Below are positions 57,992 to 60,226 of a stretch of 60,226 nucleotides of DNA, in pieces. The position numbers and the translations under genes are program-made. The notes beneath the pieces were generated by a model, which had not been told where the DNA came from, did no database searches, and saw only the letters and a program-made list of their open reading frames with translations. Source of the DNA: a virus (Duplodnaviria; Caudoviricetes); the IMG/VR virus record IMGVR_UViG_3300025018_000009, positions 1-60,226 of that record; one strand, 5' to 3'. Each line of letters starts with the position of its first letter. Within the stretch, counting starts at the first letter, position 1.

Positions 57992-60217
57992 ATGACCCGT
58001 ACCCTTATGCTTGCCCTGCTCGCAACTGCTTCGATTCTGGCGCTCCCTGCGTGCGAATCGACACAGGACAGCGCCAACACCTCGACGATCGGCATCCCGC
58101 CCCTGAACGACGCTGATGAATCGATGCGTATCGCGATGCTGCTCGACGAAAGCGCCGAAACTGTGCCGGGTGAATCCGTCGCTGCATTCGTTTCGGGGGC
58201 AAGCGCCGAAACTGCGAATACTGCGAATCTGCAACCGCTTCGCAAGGCGACCGACAAAATCCCGACCTCGAAGAAATCGAAGGGCAAGCAACCCGACCCG
58301 AAGCCCCTCGGGAAACCTGACCCCGCGAAAACCAAACCGAAGATCGAACCCGTCATTGATGACCCGATGCCGCGACCGTTCCCGGATGACCCGCTTATCG
58401 ATCCGATTCGCGCCCGATGGTATCATTCGGTTTCGCGCGAACCGATGTGGCTTATCACCGCAGGCAACGGCACGCGAAGCGCTGACGACCCGAACGGACT
58501 CGCGTCATGGTGGCACGACGACAACCCCGACGCGGTGCAGAACTTCCTTGAACAAGTGCGAAACGGGTACGCTCGCGGCGCTCGCAGTTTTTTCGTGAAT
58601 CGACCGATGGGCACGAACGGTCGAACGCATGTACCTGCGTCGTCATGGCTCACGATCCCCGCAGGCAAACGCTCAGCGCTTGTCGATGCGTTGATTGATT
58701 TGAACCTGTCAACGGACGAGGAATTTCGTTTCTACTGGTTCATCGGTTCAGACCTCAAAGACCCGCGATCAATAGAAGGTTGGAGCAGTTCGACACCTGA
58801 CGCAGACACTTTCCTGCTCGGTGAAACCGACACATGGGAACACCTCATTGCGTCGCGAAACATCATCGGCGGGTGGATGTCCACTGGCGCTGCTGGGCTT
58901 TTCATTGACCATTCTTCGCCCGCAGACGAACGCGAACACTTCAAATTCATGTCTCGGCAACTGCTGCAATCGCCGTTCGAGATGATCGTCGGCGGCGAGG
59001 CATTCCCGTACGCATTCGACGACAACGGCAGCACGATCCGCGACCCCAACAACAACTCACCGCTGCTCGACATGGAAGCGGTCGAATATATGTCATGGGT
59101 CGGCACCTATTCGTACATTCAGCATTCGTCCCGTTGGCCGACAGGCACGACGAACGCGACATGGCCCCCGAACCCAGAGAACACCCGCATGTTCTGTTGG
59201 TTCAACGGCACGAAAGACCTCGGCACCGACGCGGACAAACGCGGCATCATTGAACAAACGATTCGCGACGGGTTGATCCCGATCACAGGCGACGCGGGCA
59301 TGTTCACGCACGCGATGGAAATCTATCGGTTGATGAACGAGGATCAGACGAAGGCCCCGACATCGGATCGCAAGATTTATATTTGTATGCCGGGTGAGGA
59401 AGAATGGAACCGCGACTATTTGCAGCGCATCGGCGATGCCGGGTTCCCGCTCGATCGAACTGATTACATGCTGCAAATCGGCTCGCGAATCAGCAACTTG
59501 TTCCCTGACGAGGACATCCTCGGATCATTGAACGGACAAACGATTCACGAATATGTCAAGGACACCGCACAGATTCGACTCGATCGATCGTGGGCACCCG
59601 AACCGTTCAGTGCGTGGTTCTACGACTACGAACCGCGACACCGGGACGACGACGGCAATGTCATTTCGAGTTGGCTTTGGCCCCGCGCCAAAGTCGGCGG
59701 TACGGGTTTCAGCAAACGCGACACGCAGTTCTTGAAAGAGGCGTACGCTGCGTGTCAAGAAGTCATGGGCGACCTGCCCGGATCAGTGTACGGCATCCCT
59801 CGCACGCTCGGCGCTCGATCACCCGAAGCCGAATCGATCAAACACATGATGGCGTTTCGTGACAACACGAACGCGTACGGGTACGCTCAGTTGAACTTGT
59901 ACCCACCGAACGGGACGGCTGACAAGCGCGAAATCAATGACGACAACCGGCAAGATCACATCGATCGAATCGTCGGGGGAAATCAGGCAATGAAACAACT
60001 CGTCGTTGACGGGGTGCCGATCTGGGCGATGATGTGGCCGCGATGGTTGACCGACAATGAAATGTGGTTCGATTTGTACCTCGACACATTGGAGCAAACC
60101 GACATCGAAACGCTCATTATTTGGGTAAACCCTCACAACGCAACCATGTCGCGTGTGTACGCCGACGAAACGATCGAGGGAATCCCCGCGATCTTGGACT
60201 GGTTGAACGGTGGTTGA
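57992..60217 (+). CDS. Large predicted lipoprotein of unknown function
   Basis: MTRTLMLALLATASILALPA-C lipobox, Pro/Lys linker, Trp/Asp-rich globular region. Confidence 0.6.
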   Translation: MTRTLMLALLATASILALPACESTQDSANTSTIGIPPLNDADESMRIAMLLDESAETVPGESVAAFVSGASAETANTANLQPLRKATDKIPTSKKSKGKQPDPKPLGKPDPAKTKPKIEPVIDDPMPRPFPDDPLIDPIRARWYHSVSREPMWLITAGNGTRSADDPNGLASWWHDDNPDAVQNFLEQVRNGYARGARSFFVNRPMGTNGRTHVPASSWLTIPAGKRSALVDALIDLNLSTDEEFRFYWFIGSDLKDPRSIEGWSSSTPDADTFLLGETDTWEHLIASRNIIGGWMSTGAAGLFIDHSSPADEREHFKFMSRQLLQSPFEMIVGGEAFPYAFDDNGSTIRDPNNNSPLLDMEAVEYMSWVGTYSYIQHSSRWPTGTTNATWPPNPENTRMFCWFNGTKDLGTDADKRGIIEQTIRDGLIPITGDAGMFTHAMEIYRLMNEDQTKAPTSDRKIYICMPGEEEWNRDYLQRIGDAGFPLDRTDYMLQIGSRISNLFPDEDILGSLNGQTIHEYVKDTAQIRLDRSWAPEPFSAWFYDYEPRHRDDDGNVISSWLWPRAKVGGTGFSKRDTQFLKEAYAACQEVMGDLPGSVYGIPRTLGARSPEAESIKHMMAFRDNTNAYGYAQLNLYPPNGTADKREINDDNRQDHIDRIVGGNQAMKQLVVDGVPIWAMMWPRWLTDNEMWFDLYLDTLEQTDIETLIIWVNPHNATMSRVYADETIEGIPAILDWLNGG

Positions 60218-60226
60218 TTCGCTATA
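60100..60226. repeat. Terminal direct repeat of 1-127
   Basis: Exact match. Confidence 0.95.

Overview
The window is an apparently complete, circularly permuted genome of a tailed dsDNA (siphovirus-like) phage of about 60.1 kb; bases 1-127 repeat exactly at 60100-60226, consistent with an assembly overlap. Nearly all genes are on the + strand. Gene order: portal, head morphogenesis, scaffold, P22-type capsid, neck, tail tube, frameshifted chaperone, tape measure and a GTA-like tail tip (0.8-21.9 kb); a minus-strand RuvC-like gene; a replication block with SSB-like protein, SNF2 helicase, primase-helicase, candidate origin, Dda-like helicase, split sigma-like gene, PolA and ThyX (22.5-36.2 kb); an accessory region with a methyltransferase, ParB / ATPase-GNAT / ParB, amidoligase / GGCT / GATase, Nmad5-like, isochorismatase and NUDIX genes (36.8-54.4 kb); then terminase and membrane/lipoprotein genes. 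I saw no integrase, tRNA or CRISPR array. The most unusual observations are: (1) two accessory ORFs built from short isolated copies of conserved motifs of phage core proteins (terminase, PolA, head protein, Dit), possibly decoys; (2) a tail-module glycosyltransferase resembling polypeptide GalNAc-transferases, with a mucin-like Thr/Ser tract; (3) a recurring TGACTTG-N5-CAAGTCA palindrome over sigma70-type promoters; (4) a sigma-like gene split in a G6 run; (5) small genes missing from the ORF track. All family calls come from motif recognition by eye, not database searches.
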